From the human T2T-CHM13v2.0 reference genome, Homo sapiens, in assembly GCF_009914755.1 (NCBI RefSeq), contig NC_060947.1: a stretch of 64,000 bases of DNA; one strand, given 5' to 3'. The notes beneath the pieces were generated by a model. It searched no databases. It was not told the DNA's origin and saw only the letters and a list, made by a program, of their open reading frames with translations. The translations under genes and the position numbers were made by a program. Below, one piece after another: positions 1 through 14,250 of this stretch (its first letter is position 1; every line of letters begins with the position of its first letter).

Positions 1-840
1 ATTAAAAGAAAACCTAAGGGTCTATTTTGTATGACTTTGGATTTAATAATGGATTCTTAAATATGACACTAAAAACACAAACAACAAAAAATAGACAAAT
101 TGGACTTCAAACCTTCAACTTTTGCACATGAAAAATATTTTATCAATAAATTTAAAAGAAAAACCACACAATTACAGAAAATATTTGCAAGTCATATATG
201 TGGTTAAGTGTCAAATAACCAGACTTTATAAAGATCTCCTTCAACTTAGCAAAAACAAAACAAAACAAAAAACATCAACTCTATTAAAAAATGGAGCAAA
301 GGATTTCAGCAGACTTTTACCCAAAGAAGATATATAAATGGCAAATACATACACGAAAAGATGCTCACCATCATTATTCATTAAGAAAAATACAAATCAA
401 AACCATAATGAATTACTACCTCATAGCCACTAAGCTGGCTATAATTTTAAAAATCAGAAAATAAGCAATGGTAAAGATGTGGAGAGATTGGAACCCTTCT
501 ATATTACTGGTTAAAGTGTAAAATGATGCAGCCACTGTGTAAACAACTCTTCCTCAATAAGTTAAACTTAGAATCTCCTTGTTTCCCAGTAATTCCAATC
601 CTAGATATACTTTTGAGAGAATTGAAAACTGGTGTTCAAACAAAAGCTTGTACACGAATGCTCATAGCAGTAATATTCACAATAGTCCAAAGGTGAAAAC
701 AGTCTAAATGTCCACCACTGGAACAGTGAATAAGCACAATATATTACAATATGCCCATTCACTGGAATATTATTCAGCCATAAAAAGCAATGAAGTACTA
801 ATATATGTTAAAACATGGATGAACCGAAGATATCCTAAGT
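1..840 (+). mobile_element. Old L1M (L1MB/MC-like) ORF2 end/3' region fragment; appears to resume at ~2320-2390
   Basis: Decayed L1 ORF2 C-terminal sequence (aaagatgctcaccatcatt..., tggatgaacc), interrupted by a younger L1. Confidence 0.75.
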
Positions 841-2320
841 GAAATGCAAAAAGAACAAAGCTGGAGGCATTATGTTACCAGACTTCAAAATATACTATAA
901 GGCTTTTATGAACAAAACAGCACGGTATGGGTACAGAAACAGAGACATAGACCAATGGAACAGAATAGATAGCCCAGAAATAATGCCACACACCCATAAT
1001 CATCTGGTCTTTGAAAAAGTAAACAAAAACAAGAAATGGGGGAAGGACTCCCTATTCAATAAATGGTGCTGGGATAGCTGGCTAGCAATATGCAGAAGAT
1101 TGAAACAGGACCTGTTCCTTATACCATACACAAAAATCAACTCAACATGGATTAAAGACCTAAATGTAAAATCTAAAACTATAAAAACCTGGAAGACAAC
1201 CTAGGAAATGCCATTCTGGACATAGGACCCGGCAAAGATTTCATGATGAAGATGCCAAAAGCAATTACAACATAAACAACGTTAGACAAATAGGGCCTAA
1301 TTAAACTAAAGAGCTTCTGCATAGCAAAAGAAACTAGCAACAGAGTTAACAGGCAACCTACAGAATTAACAGGCAACCTACAGAATAGGAGAAAATATTT
1401 TCAAACTACACATCCAACAAAAGTCAATGTCCAGAATCTATAAATGACTGCAACAAATCAACAAGCAACAAACAAACAATCCCATTAACAATGGGCAAAG
1501 AACATAAATACACAATTTTTTAAAAAAGACACACACATGACTAACAAGCATATGAAAAAGTGCTCAACATCACTAATCATTACAGAATGCAAATCAAAAT
1601 CACCATGAGATACCATCTCACATCAGTAAGAATGGCTATTATTAGAAAGCAATGCTGGCGAGGTTGCTGAGAAAAAAGAATACTTATACACTGCTGTTGA
1701 GAATGTAAATTAGTTCAGCCATTGTGGGAAGCAGTTTGGCAATTTCTCAAAGAGCTCAAAGTAGAATTACCATTCCACCCAGCAATCCCATTATTGGGAT
1801 TATAGCCAAAGGAATATAAATCATTCTACCATACAGATAGATGCATGCGTATGTTCATCACAGTACTATTCACAATAGCAAAGATGTGGAATCAATCTAA
1901 ATGGCCATCAGTGGTAGACTGGATAAAGAAAATGTGGTACATATACACCATGGAATACTATGCAGTCATAAAAGAAGAATGAGATCATGTCCTTTGCAGC
2001 AACATGGATGGTGCTGGAGGCCATTATCCTAAGCAAACTAATGCAGGAACAGAAAACCAAATACCACATGTTCCCACCTATAAGTGGGAACTAAACATGT
2101 GAGTACATATGGAAACAAATAATGGAACAACAGACAGCAGGGCCTACTTGAGGATGGAAGAAAGAAGGAAGGTGAGGATAGAAAAACTACCTTATTAGGT
2201 ACTATGCTTATTACTTGGATGGCAAAATAATCTGCACACCAAACCTCATGGCATGCAACTTACCTATATAACAAATATGCACAAGTACCTCTGAACCTAA
2301 AGGAAAATTTTTAAAAAGAA
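841..2320 (+). mobile_element. 5'-truncated L1PB-type LINE (ORF2 3' part + 3'UTR)
   Basis: ORF 839..1204 resembles L1 ORF2 ([19 protein letters not shown]...[12 protein letters not shown]); L1PB-type 3'UTR ends in an A-rich tail. Confidence 0.85.
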
Positions 2321-2504
2321 AATATGCTTTGTGGAAGAATCAGACATAAAGATCACACATTGTATTACATTTATATAAAATATCCAGACTGAGAAGATCA
2401 TAGGCTTTCCCCTCAGGCTGTTGCAAACAGAACATGGTTAGCTAATCAGTGAAGGACTATTTTGGCACAGAGCCAATTGTGAAAAGTGGGAGAGGTGACT
2501 CTTT

Positions 2505-2810
2505 AAAAAATTATAATTGACACATAATAATTGCACATATTTATGTATTACAACATGATGTTTTGATACATGTATATATTATGTAATGATAAAATCACAG
2601 TAATTACCATTATCCATCACCTTAAACATTTATTATTTCTTTGTAATGAGAATGTTCAAAGACCTATTTTCTAATTATTTTGAAATATACAATGCGTTAT
2701 TGTTAACTCTAATCATACTACTATGTAATAGAACACCAGAACTTATTCCTTCTAACTGTAGCTTCATACCTGTTGACCAATCTCTTCCCACCACCTCCCC
2801 TACATTTTTT
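2505..2810 (-). mobile_element. L1MA-type 3' end fragment
   Basis: Typical antisense L1MA 3'UTR (ataattgcacatatttat...gaacaccagaacttattcct). Confidence 0.7.
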
Positions 2811-2814
2811 TAGT

Positions 2815-3590
2815 GTGCAATTTTCAACAACAAAAATTCATGATGTATACAATGAAACAGGAAAGGACATAACCAATTCAAAGGATAAAAATGAAATGAC
2901 AAAAGCAATCCCTGAGGAAGCACAGGCATAAAGCTAGTCAAAAGACTTTAAAACTGTCATAAATATGCTCAAAGAACTGAAGGAAAACAGATAAAAAACA
3001 AAAGCTTTCAGGAAAGCAACATATAAAAAACAAGAATATCAACAAAGAGAAATAAATTATTTTTTAAAAAAGAAAAAATAAAAATTCTGGAATTGGAAAA
3101 TATAATGACCATATTGATTGAAATATTTGCTAAGGGGTTCAACAGCAAATTTGAGTATGCAGAAGAAAGAATTGGTGAACTTGAAGAGAAGACATTGGAA
3201 ATTATCAAGTCTAAGGAGCAGAAAGAAAAAAGACAGGAGAAAGTGAATAGAGCCTAAGGAAGTTATGAGACATGATCAAGTGGACCAGTATATACATTGT
3301 GGTAGTTCAAAAGGAGAGAAAAAGAGATAAAGGCTATATAAAAAAATAATGGCAGAGAATTTCCTATATTTGAGGAAGAACATGAATAATCAAATCCAAG
3401 AAGCTCAACAAACTCCAAAAAGGAAAAACCCAAAAAGACCCACATTGAGACATATTACAATCAAATTGTCGAAAGATAAAGAGAGAGAATGTTGAAAGCA
3501 ACAAAAGATACTCATACATAGCAAAGACCCTAAATGAAATTATTAGGTGATTTCTCAGCAGAAGCCTTAGAGGACAGAAGGCATGAATTA
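2815..3590 (+). mobile_element. Old L1M ORF1 fragment
   Basis: Decayed ORF1 motifs (gcagaagaaagaattggtgaacttgaag; atccaagaagctcaacaaactcca). Confidence 0.65.
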
Positions 3591-5560
3591 GAAAAGAGCA
3601 AGTAAATTACCTCTGTTTGGTGATATTAATAATATAATCTTATACCTAGAAATCCCTTAAGACTTTATCCAGACTCCTAGATTTGATAAATAAATTCAGT
3701 AAAGTTTCAGGATACATAATGAATATACAAAAATCAATTGCATTTCTATATAGCAATAACAATCAATCTGGAAACCAAATCAAGAAGTAAATCTGAACTA
3801 CAATAGCTAAAAAAAAAATAACTGGGAGTATATTTAATCAAGCAGGTGAAAGATATCTACAAGAAAACCTACAAAACACTCATGATAAAAATCATAGATG
3901 ACACAAGCAAATAGAAAAACATCTCATGCTCATGAATTGGAATAATCAAAATCATTAAAATGACCATACTACCCAATGCAATCTACAGATACAATGCAAA
4001 TCTTACCAAAATACCATCATTTTTCACAGAAATTAGAAAAAATAATCCTAAAATCTATATGGAACCAAGAAAGAGCCTAAATAGCCAAATCAATTCTAAA
4101 CAAAAAGAACAAAGCTGGAGGCATCACATTACCTGACTTCAAATTATACTGCAAGCCTATAGTAACAAAAACAACATAATACTCACATAAAAATATAAAT
4201 ATAGTTCAATGTATATAAGCTCAAAAATAAAGCCACATAACATACCTAATGCCAATTGATTTTTAACAAAGTCAACAAAAACATACACTGGAGAAAGGAC
4301 TCCCTATTCAATAAATGGTTCTGGGATAAATGGATTGCCATGTGCAGAAGAATGAAACTGGATCCCTATCTTTCACCATACGCAGAAATCAACTCAAGGT
4401 GGATTAAAGATTTAAAGGTAAGACTGGAAACTATTAAAATACTAGAAAAAACCTAGGAAAACACTCTTCCGGACATTAGCCTTGGCAAAGTATTTATGAC
4501 TGAGACCTCTAAATCATAGGAACAAAAACAAAAGTAGGCAAATGGGAGTTAATTAAACTAAAAGCTTCTGCACAGCAAAATAAATCATCAACAGAATGAA
4601 TGGACAATCTGATGTATGAGAGAAAATATATGCAAATTATGCAACTGACAAAGGACTAACATTCAGAATCTATGAGGAACTCAAACATTTCAATAAGAAA
4701 ACAATAAATACCCCATTAAATAGTGGGCAAAAGACATGAGTAGATATTTTCCAAAAGAAGACATAGAAATTACCAATAAGCATAGGAAAAAATGCTCAAC
4801 ATCACTAATCATCAGGGAAATGCAAATTAAAACCACAATGAGATATCATCTCACACCAGTCAGAATAATGGCTATTATTAAAAAGTTAAAAAAAAACATA
4901 TATTGGTGAGGATGTGGAGAAAAGGAAACACTTATATACTGTTAATGGGAATGTAAATTATTAAAACCTCAATAGAAATCAGTGTGGAGATTTCTTAAAG
5001 AACTAAAAATAGAACTACAATTTGATCCAACAATCTCATTACTGGGTATGTATCTGAAAGAAAATAAATTATTATACCAAAATGATAACTGCACTTATAT
5101 GTTTATTGCCACACTATTCACAGTAGCAAAGATATGGAATCAACCTAAATGTTCATCAATGAATGAGTGGATAAAGAAAAATATATATATATATATATCT
5201 CCCATGGAATACAACTTACTTAAAAAAAATTAAATCATGTCTTGCAGTAGTGTGGATGGAACTAGAGACCATTGTCTTAAGTGAAATTACTCAGAAACAG
5301 AAAGTCAAATACCACATGTTGTCACTTATAAATGGGAGCTAAGTGATGCCTACACAGGAATATAGAAAGTGGAATAATAGATATTGGAGGCTCAGGAGGG
5401 TGGAAGTGTTGAAGGAGGGTGAGGGATGAAAAATTACTTAATGGATGCAATGTATACTATTGGGTTGATGGCTTCACTAAGAGCTCAGACTTCACCACTA
5501 TGCAATATATTCATGTAACAAAACTGCACTTGTATTCCTTAAATCTATAATTTAAAAAAT
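3590..5560 (+). mobile_element. 5'-truncated L1PB4/L1MA LINE (ORF2 3' half + 3'UTR)
   Basis: ORF2-like peptides at 4256 and 4982; 3'UTR ends ...aaatctataatttaaaaaa. Confidence 0.8.
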
Positions 5561-5889
5561 GGAGGTCTATGAACTGGCCACAAATAATTCAAAATAATCA
5601 TGTTAAAGATGCTCAGCAAGCTACAAGAAAACAAAGATAGAAAATGAAACAAAAATCAGAAAAAATAATAAATAAATAATATCAGATGCTCAACAAAGAG
5701 ATAGAAATTATAAAAGGAACCAAACACATATCCTGGAGCTGAAGAATACAGTGTCTGAACGGAAAAATTCAATAGAGAGCTTCAACAGCAAGCTCAATCA
5801 ATCAGAAGAAAGAATCAGCGAATTCAAAAACAGGTTATTTGAAATTATCCAATCAAAGAAACAATATAAAAATACAATTAAAATTAGTA

Positions 5890-5990
5890 GGCTGGTTTGA
5901 GTGCAGTGATGCTTACAACTAATTGATCACATCCAATTACAGATTTCTTTGCTCTTTCTGTACTCCCAGTGCTTCACTTGACTAGCCTTT
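5890..5990 (+). pseudogene. Y3 RNA (RNY3) retropseudogene with A-tail
   Basis: Near full-length match to hY3 (ggctggtttgagtgcagtg...ctaattgatcac...ttacagatttcttt...cttgactagccttt) followed by an A-rich tail. Confidence 0.92.
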
Positions 5991-6302
5991 AAAGAAAAAA
6001 AAAGAGTAAAGAAAGACTATGGGATATATGGGACATCATCAGAAGAATAAATATACACATTATGGAACTCAAAGAAGGGTAAGAGAAAGAGAAAGGGCAG
6101 ATAGTTTATTTAAAGAAATAATGGCTGAAAACTTCCCACTTATGGTGAGGCAAATGGACATCCAAATTCATGAAGTCCAAAGGACTCCAAATATGTTGAA
6201 TGTAAAGAGGTCTATGGAGATAGATATTATAATTAAATTATCAAAAGTCAAAGATAAGGAGAGAATTTTGAAAACAGCAAAAGAAACATGAGTCATCACA
6301 TA

Positions 6303-6422
6303 TAAGAGAATGTCCACACAATTGAGTGGATTTCTCAGCAAATAAGAAAATGTCCATACAATTGAGTGGATTTCTCAGCAAATAAGAAAATGTCCATACA
6401 ATTGAGTGGATTTCTCAGCAAA
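6303..6422. repeat. 3 x 40 bp tandem repeat inside L1 ORF1
   Basis: Unit taagaaaatgtccatacaattgagtggatttctcagcaaa; copies 2 and 3 identical, copy 1 has two differences. Confidence 0.95.
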
Positions 6423-6492
6423 AACCTTTCAGGCCAGGAAACAGTGTGATGCTATATTAAAAGTGCTGAAAGAAATTTAAAAATGAAGGAGA

Positions 6493-7095
<603 letters not shown>

Positions 7096-7851
7096 GCTAA
7101 ACAGATACTTGTTGAAAGCATATGAAAATATAAGTCTCACTAGTAAAGCTAAATATACAAATACATAATCATTTCACTGTAGCAGTAGTGCATAAAACAC
7201 ATTAAATCCTAGAATATAACCATAAAAGTTTGTTAATGGATACACAATATAAAAATAATTAAATTTTGGCTTCAATAACATAACATTTGGGTACAGGAGA
7301 GAATAAAAAGTATAGCATTTTCACATGCAATTAAAGTTTAGTTATTATCAGCATAAAATAGATTTTTACAACTAAATGAAATTTTGTGTAGTCTCATGAT
7401 AACTACAAAGAAAAAAACCGATAGTAGATACAAAAAAAAATACAAAACAATTCAAAGAATATCACTACAAAAATTCACTAATCATAAAGTAAGATTTCAA
7501 GAGAGGAAGATTAGACGAAAATGATTACAAAACACACAGAAAACAATTAACAAAGTGGCAATAATAAGTCCCTATCTATCGATAGCTACTTTAAATGTAA
7601 ATGCATTAAATGCACAAATCCAAAGATATAGAATGGCTTAATGTGAAAAAACAAACCCAAAACCTGTCTATGTGCTGTTGACAAAAGACTCCTTTAGATT
7701 TAAGAACACATATAGGCTGAAAGTAAGAGGACAGAAGAAGACATTCCATGCAAACAGTAACCAAAAGAGAGCAGGAGTTGTTATACTTACATTAGATAAA
7801 ATAGGTTATAAGTTGAAAACTGTCAGAAAAGATAAAAAGGTTATTACATAG

Positions 7852-7996
7852 TGATAAAGAATTGATTCAATAGGAATATATAACAATTACAAATATATAT
7901 GCATCCAATATCAGAGTAACAATATGATAAAGAATTGATTCAAAAGGAATATATAACAATTACAAACATATGTGCATCCAATATCAGAGTAACAAT
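7852..7996. repeat. 2 x 73 bp tandem duplication inside the L1 endonuclease region
   Basis: tgataaagaattgattcaa...tcagagtaacaat starts at both 7852 and 7925. Confidence 0.92.
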
Positions 7997-8199
7997 TTGA
8001 GTATATATGTGTGTGTGCATGCACATGTGTTTATATCAAACATTTATAGATCTGAAAAGAAGGAATACATAGAGGACTTCAATATCCCAGTTTAAATAAT
8101 AGAAAAAACAACCAGACATAAAATTAATAAGGAAATGGCAGACTGCAACTTTATAGGTCAAATGGACCTAACAGACATGTACAGAACATTCCTTCCACC

Positions 8200-8551
8200 T
8201 GCTATGGACTGAATGTTTGTGTCCCCCCAAAATTCATTATCGAAACCTAATTCCCATGTGAAGATATTTGGAGGTGGAGCCTTTGTGAGGTGATTAGGTG
8301 ATGAGGTTGGAGCCAGCAAGAATGGCATTAGTGCCCTTATAAAATACATTCTCACCCCTTCTGCCATGTAAGGACACAGTGAAAGGACAGGTATATGTGA
8401 ACAAGGAAGCAGGCTCTCACCAGACACTGAATCAGCTAGTGCCTTGATTTTGGATGTCCCAGCCTGCAGAACTGTTAGAAACAAATTTCGGTTGTCTGCA
8501 AACCATCTAGTCTATGGTATTTTGTTATAGCCACCTGACTGGACTAAGACA
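8200..8551 (+). mobile_element. MLT1A-type MaLR solo LTR
   Basis: TG...CA ends (tgctatggactgaatg...ctaagaca); degenerate 5 bp TSD ccacc/ctacc. Confidence 0.88.
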
Positions 8552-9193
8552 CTACCAATCAGCAATAAGATACACATTCTTCTCAAGTGCATCCTATACA
8601 CTCTCCAGGGAAGATTACATTCTTGGTCACAAAACAAGTCTCAACAAATTTAAAAATATTAAGATCATTCCAAATACCTTTTCTGACCCCAGGGGAATCT
8701 AACTAGCAATCAATAACAAAAGAGAAATGGAAAAATTCACAAATATGTGAAAATTATACAGCACATTCTTGAACAACCATTAAATCAAAGAAAAAACCCA
8801 AAGGAAAGTTAGAAATTATCTTGAGAGAAAAGAAAACAAAAATACAACTCAACAAAACTTATTAGATGCAAAGAAGTGCCAAGAGAGAAGTTTATAGTGG
8901 TAAACACCAATATTAAACAAGGAAAAAAAATGTTAATAACCTAACTTTATACCTAAAAGGACTAGAAAATAACAAACAAAGCCCAAAATTAACAGGAGGA
9001 AGAAAATAACAAAGATGAGAGCAGAAATAAATAGAAGACGAAAAACAATAGAAAAAAATTAAGGAAACAAAGAGATGATTTATTGAAAAGATAAAGTCCA
9101 CAAACACCTGGAACTATGAAGAAAGAGAGGATTCAAATAAATAAAATCAGAAATCAAAAAGAGTACATTGTAAACAATGCTACAGAAATTTTT

Positions 9194-10111
9194 TTTCTTT
9201 TTATTATTATTATTATTTTAATTATACTTTAAGTTTTAGGGTACATGTGCACATTGTGCAGGTTAGTTACATATGTATACATGTGCCATGCTGGTGCGCT
9301 GCACCCACTAACTCGTCATCTTGCATTAGGTATATCTCCCAATGCTATCCCTCCCCCCTCCCCCCTCCCCACCACAGTCCCCAGAGTGTGATATTCCCCT
9401 TCCTGTGTCCATGTGATCTCATTGTTCAATTCCCACCTATGAGTGAGAATACGCGGTGTTTGGTTTTTTGTTCTTGCGATAGTTTACTGAGAATGATGGT
9501 TTCCAATTTCATCCATGTCCCTACAAAGGACATGAACTCATCATTTTTTATGGCTGCATAGCATTCCATGGTGTATATGTGCCATATTTTCTTAATCCAG
9601 TCTATCATTGTTGGAAATTTGGGTTGGTTCCAAGTCTTTGCTATTGTGAATAATGCCGCAATAAACATAAGTGTGCATGTGTCTTTATAGCAGCATGATT
9701 TATAGTCATTTGTGTATATACCCAGTAATGGGATGGCTGGGTCAAATGGTATTTCTAGTTCTAGATCCCTGAGGAATCGCCACACTGACTTCCACAATGG
9801 TTGAACTAGTTTCCAGTCCCACCAACAGTGTAAAAGTGTTCCTATTTCTCCACATCCTCTCCAGCACCTGTTGTTTCCTGACTTTTTAATGATTGCCATT
9901 CTAACTGGTGTGAGATGATATCTCATAGTGGTTTTGATTTGCATTTCTCTGATGGCCAGTGATGATGAGCATTTTTTCATGTGTTTTTTGGCTGCATAAA
10001 TGTCTTCTTTTGAGAAGTGTCTGTTCATGTCCCTCGCCCACTTTTTGATGGGGTTGTTTGTTTTTTTCTTGTAAATTTGTTTGAGTTCATTGTAGATTCT
10101 GGATATTAGCC
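9194..10111 (-). mobile_element. Young 5'-truncated L1 (L1PA2-like)
   Basis: Open ORF2 C-terminus (ORF 9426..10151); L1HS/PA2-type 3'UTR with GAG rather than Ta ACA; perfect TSD cagaaattttt at 9183-9193 and 10112-10122. Confidence 0.93.
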
Positions 10112-10717
10112 CAGAAATTTTTAAAAGATCATAAACGATTATTATGAACAATTATAACCAACAAATTAGATAACCTAGAAGAAAAGGATAAATTCATAGA
10201 AACATACATCCTACCAAACTTGAATCTAGAAGAAAAAAGAAAGCCTGGCCACAACAAAAAACAAATAATGAGACTAAATCAGTAATCATAAATCTCCCAA
10301 AAGCCCACGACCAGCTGGCTTCACAAATGAAATCTACCAAATATTTAAAGAAGAATCAATATCAATCACTCTTAAAGTCTTTCAAAAAAATAGAAGAAAT
10401 AGCACTTCCAAACTCCTTTTATTAGGCCAGCATTGCCCTGATACCAAAGCCAGATAAAGACACCACCAGAAAACTACAGGCCAATATCCCTGATGAACAA
10501 GGGTACACTATCCTGAATAAAATATTAGCCAACCAAATTCAACAGCACAATAAAAGTATTATATACCACACCCAGGTGTTCTTTATCCCTGTGATGTAAG
10601 AATGTTTTAACATATGCAAATCAATATAATACATCACATTAACAGAATGCAGGGGGAAAAGCACATGATCATCTCAATAGATGTAATAAAAGCCTTTGAA
10701 AAAAAACTCAACAACCT

Positions 10718-11013
10718 TTTTTCTTTTTTTTATTTTACTTTTTAAATTTTACATTCTGCAATACATGTGCAGAACGTGCAGGTTTGTTACATAGGTATAC
10801 GTGTGCTGTGGTGCTTTGCTGCACCTATTAACCTGTCATATAGGTTTTAAGCCCTGCATGCATTAGGTATTTGTCCTAATGCTCTCCCTCCCCTTACTCC
10901 GCAACCCCCAACAGGCCCCAGTGTGTGTTCTTCCCCTCCCTGTGTCCATGTGTTCTCCTTGTTCAACTCCCACTTATGAGTGAGAATATGCGGTGTTTGG
11001 TTTTCTTTTCCTG
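10718..11013 (-). mobile_element. L1PA8-like 3' end
   Basis: ggttttaagccctgcatgcattagg signature; poly(T); degenerate TSD tcaacaacct/tcaacaccct. Confidence 0.85.
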
Positions 11014-12543
11014 TCAACACCCTTTAAAGATTTTAAAAAAACTCTCAATAAATGAGTTATAGAAGGAACTTACCTTAGCACAATGAAGACTGTATATGAA
11101 AAGCTCACAGCTAACAACATGCTCAATGGTGAAGAACTAAAAGCTTTCCTGTAAGATCTGGAACAAGTCAAGGAGGTCCACTTTCACACCTTCTATTCAA
11201 AATAGTATTGGAAGTCCCAGCTAAAACTACTTGGCAAGAAAAAGAAATAAAAGACATTCAAATCAGAAGTGAAATTATCTCTGTTTGAAGATGACATGAT
11301 TTTATGTGTAGAAAACACTAACTGCAAAAACTCTGCAAAATATTTGTTAGAACTAATAAATAAATGTAGTAAAGTTGCAGGATACAAAATCATCATATGA
11401 AAATCAGTTGCATTTCTATACAGTAACAATGAATTATTCAAAAAGAAAATTAAGACAACATTTCTATTTATAATAGCATCAAAAAGAATAAAATACTTAG
11501 GAAAAAACTTAACCAAGGAAATGAAGGACCTGTACATTGCAAACTATAAAACATGGATGAAACAAATTGAAGCACAAACAAATAAATAGAAAGATATATC
11601 ATGTTTGTGGATTAAAAAATAATATTAAATGTCTGAATAGAGAACCCAGAAATAAGCTCACACATATACTGTCAACTGATCTTCAACAAGGGTGCCAAGA
11701 ATATGTAATGGGTAAAAGATAATCCACTTTTGATACTTGCTGGGAAAACTGGACCCTTATCTTACACTATGTGCAAAATTCAACTCAAAATGAATTAAAG
11801 GTGTTAACATAAGATTGGAAACTATAAAACTCATGGACTAAAACATAAGGGAAAATCTTCTTGACATTGTCTGAGCCAATAATTTTTTTAACCCAAAAGC
11901 ACAAACAACAAAAGTAAAAATGTCAAATGGAATTGCATCAAACTAAGAAGCTCCTGCACAGCAAAGGAAATAATCAACAAAATGAAAAGTCAAACTACAG
12001 AATGAGAGAAAATATTTGCAAACCATATGTCTGATAAAGGGTTAATATCCAAAACACATAAGGAGCACCTACAACTTAATAGAAAAAAAATCACCTGCTT
12101 TAAAAATAGACAAAGAAACTGAATAGATATTTCTCCAAGTAAGACATAGCAATGGCCAACAAGTATATGAAAAGGCATTCGGCATCACTAATCCTCAGGA
12201 CGATGTAAATAAAAACTACAATGAGCTATCACCTCATACGTGTTACAATAGCTATTATCAAAAAAAGGAAAGATACATGTTTTCAAGAATACTGTCGATA
12301 GTGATGTAAATTGGTGCAGCCATTATTGAAAACAGCATGGAGGTTTCTCTAAAAATTTAAAATAGAACTACCATATAATCCAGCAATGCTACTTCTGAGT
12401 ATATATCCAAAGTAAATGAAATCAATATCTTAAAGCAATATCTGCATCCCATGTTAATTGCAGCATTATTCACAATAGCCAAGATATGAATCAACCTAAG
12501 TGTTTGCTGATGGATAAATATATAAAGAAAATGTGATTATATG

Positions 12544-12879
12544 CAATCATGTGCCACGTAATGATGTTTCAGTTAATGATAGACCATATATGTGGTGGTG
12601 GTCCCATAAGATTATAATACTGTATTTTAACTGCGCCTTTTCCATGTTTAGATACACAAATACTTATCATTGTGTTACAATTGCCTATAATATTCAGTAC
12701 AGTAGTGCACTGTACAGCTTTGTAGCCTAGGAGCAATAAGCTATAACATAAAGCCTAGATGTGTAGTAGGCTATACCATCTAGGTTTGTGTAAGAACACT
12801 CTATGATGTCTGCACAATGACAAAATCATCTAACGACACATTTCTCAGAATGTATCACCATCGTTCTCAATGCATGACT
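12544..12879 (+). mobile_element. Tigger3a-like non-autonomous DNA transposon
   Basis: Decayed TIRs caatcatgtg... / ...tgcatgacta; internal ggtggtcccataagattataa. Confidence 0.8.
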
Positions 12880-13419
12880 ATATATATATATATATATACA
12901 TTTTATATAAAATAAAATATTATTAACCTTAAAAGTAAGAAATTCTGCCATTGGCAACAACATGGATGAACCGGGAGAACTTTATGCTAAGTGAAATAAT
13001 TGAAGTACAGAAAGACAAAAGCTTTATAATCTTACTTATATGTGGAATCTAAAAATGTTAAACTCACAGAAGCAAAGAGTAAAATGGTGGTTGCCAGGGG
13101 CTGGAAATGAAGTGGGGAGATGTTGGTCAAAGGGTACAAAGTTTCAGTTAAGCAGGATGAATAAATTCTGCATTTCTAATGTAAATCATGATGACAATGA
13201 TCAATAATACCCTGTTGTATATTCAATTTTGTTGAGACAGTAGATCTCAAATATTCTCCTCACAAGAGAAGATAACTATGTGTGATGAAAAATATGTTAA
13301 TTAGCTTGATTATGGTAATCATTTCACAATGTATATCAAAACATCATGTTCTACACCATAAATATATACAATTTTTATTTGTTAATATGGGTGGGGGAAA
13401 GAGAAAATATTGTCTAAAC

Positions 13420-14250
13420 ATACATTAGAATATTATTAGGTCTTTAAAGAGAAGGAAATCCTGCCATTTGTGACAACATGGATGAACCTAGAGGACATTA
13501 TGCTAAGTGAAATAAGTCAAACACGGATGGACAAATACCATATGATATCATTTTGATGAGAAATCTAAAATAGTCAAACTCATAGAAGCAGAGTGTAAAA
13601 TGGTGGTTGCCAGCAGGTAGGAAGAGAAGGAAATGGGAGATATTAATTAAAGGGTACAAAGTCTCAGTTATGCAAGATGAGTAAGCCCTAAAGATCTCTT
13701 CCTCACTATGCCTATAGTTAAAAATACCATATTTTATTGTTTAAAACTCCTTAAATGGTAGATTTCATGTTTTCTTTTCATACGCATACAGACAAAATAA
13801 CAAAGAGGAGAAGGAAATTTTGAGAAGCGATGAATATGTTTATGGCATAGATTTTGGTGATGGTTTCATGATTGTATACTTATCTCCAAACTCATGAAGT
13901 CGTATATATCAAATATATATAGCATTTTGTATGTTAATCATGCCTCAATAAAGTAGTTTAATAAAAAAGAGGGTGGAGGCATATTAACCAGTGAAATATA
14001 ATAGAGTGCTAATAAATAAACCTTTGCATATATGGTCAAATGATTTTCAACGAGAGTGTCAAGATCATTAAGTGGGGTAAACGCAAACTTTTCAACAAAA
14101 GGTGCTGTGAAAGCTAGATATCTACTTGTAAAAACATGAAGTTGGACCTTTACCTAACACCATATACAAAAATTAACTGAAATGGATCAAAAGCTTATGC
14201 ATAAGAGCTAAAACTATAAAAACCCTTAGAGAAATATAGTGGAAAAGCTT
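13420..14250 (+). mobile_element. L1MB-type 3' end followed by an L1 ORF2 fragment
   Basis: acaacatggatgaacctagaggacattatgctaagtgaaataag; ORF2-like 13980-14250. Confidence 0.7.
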
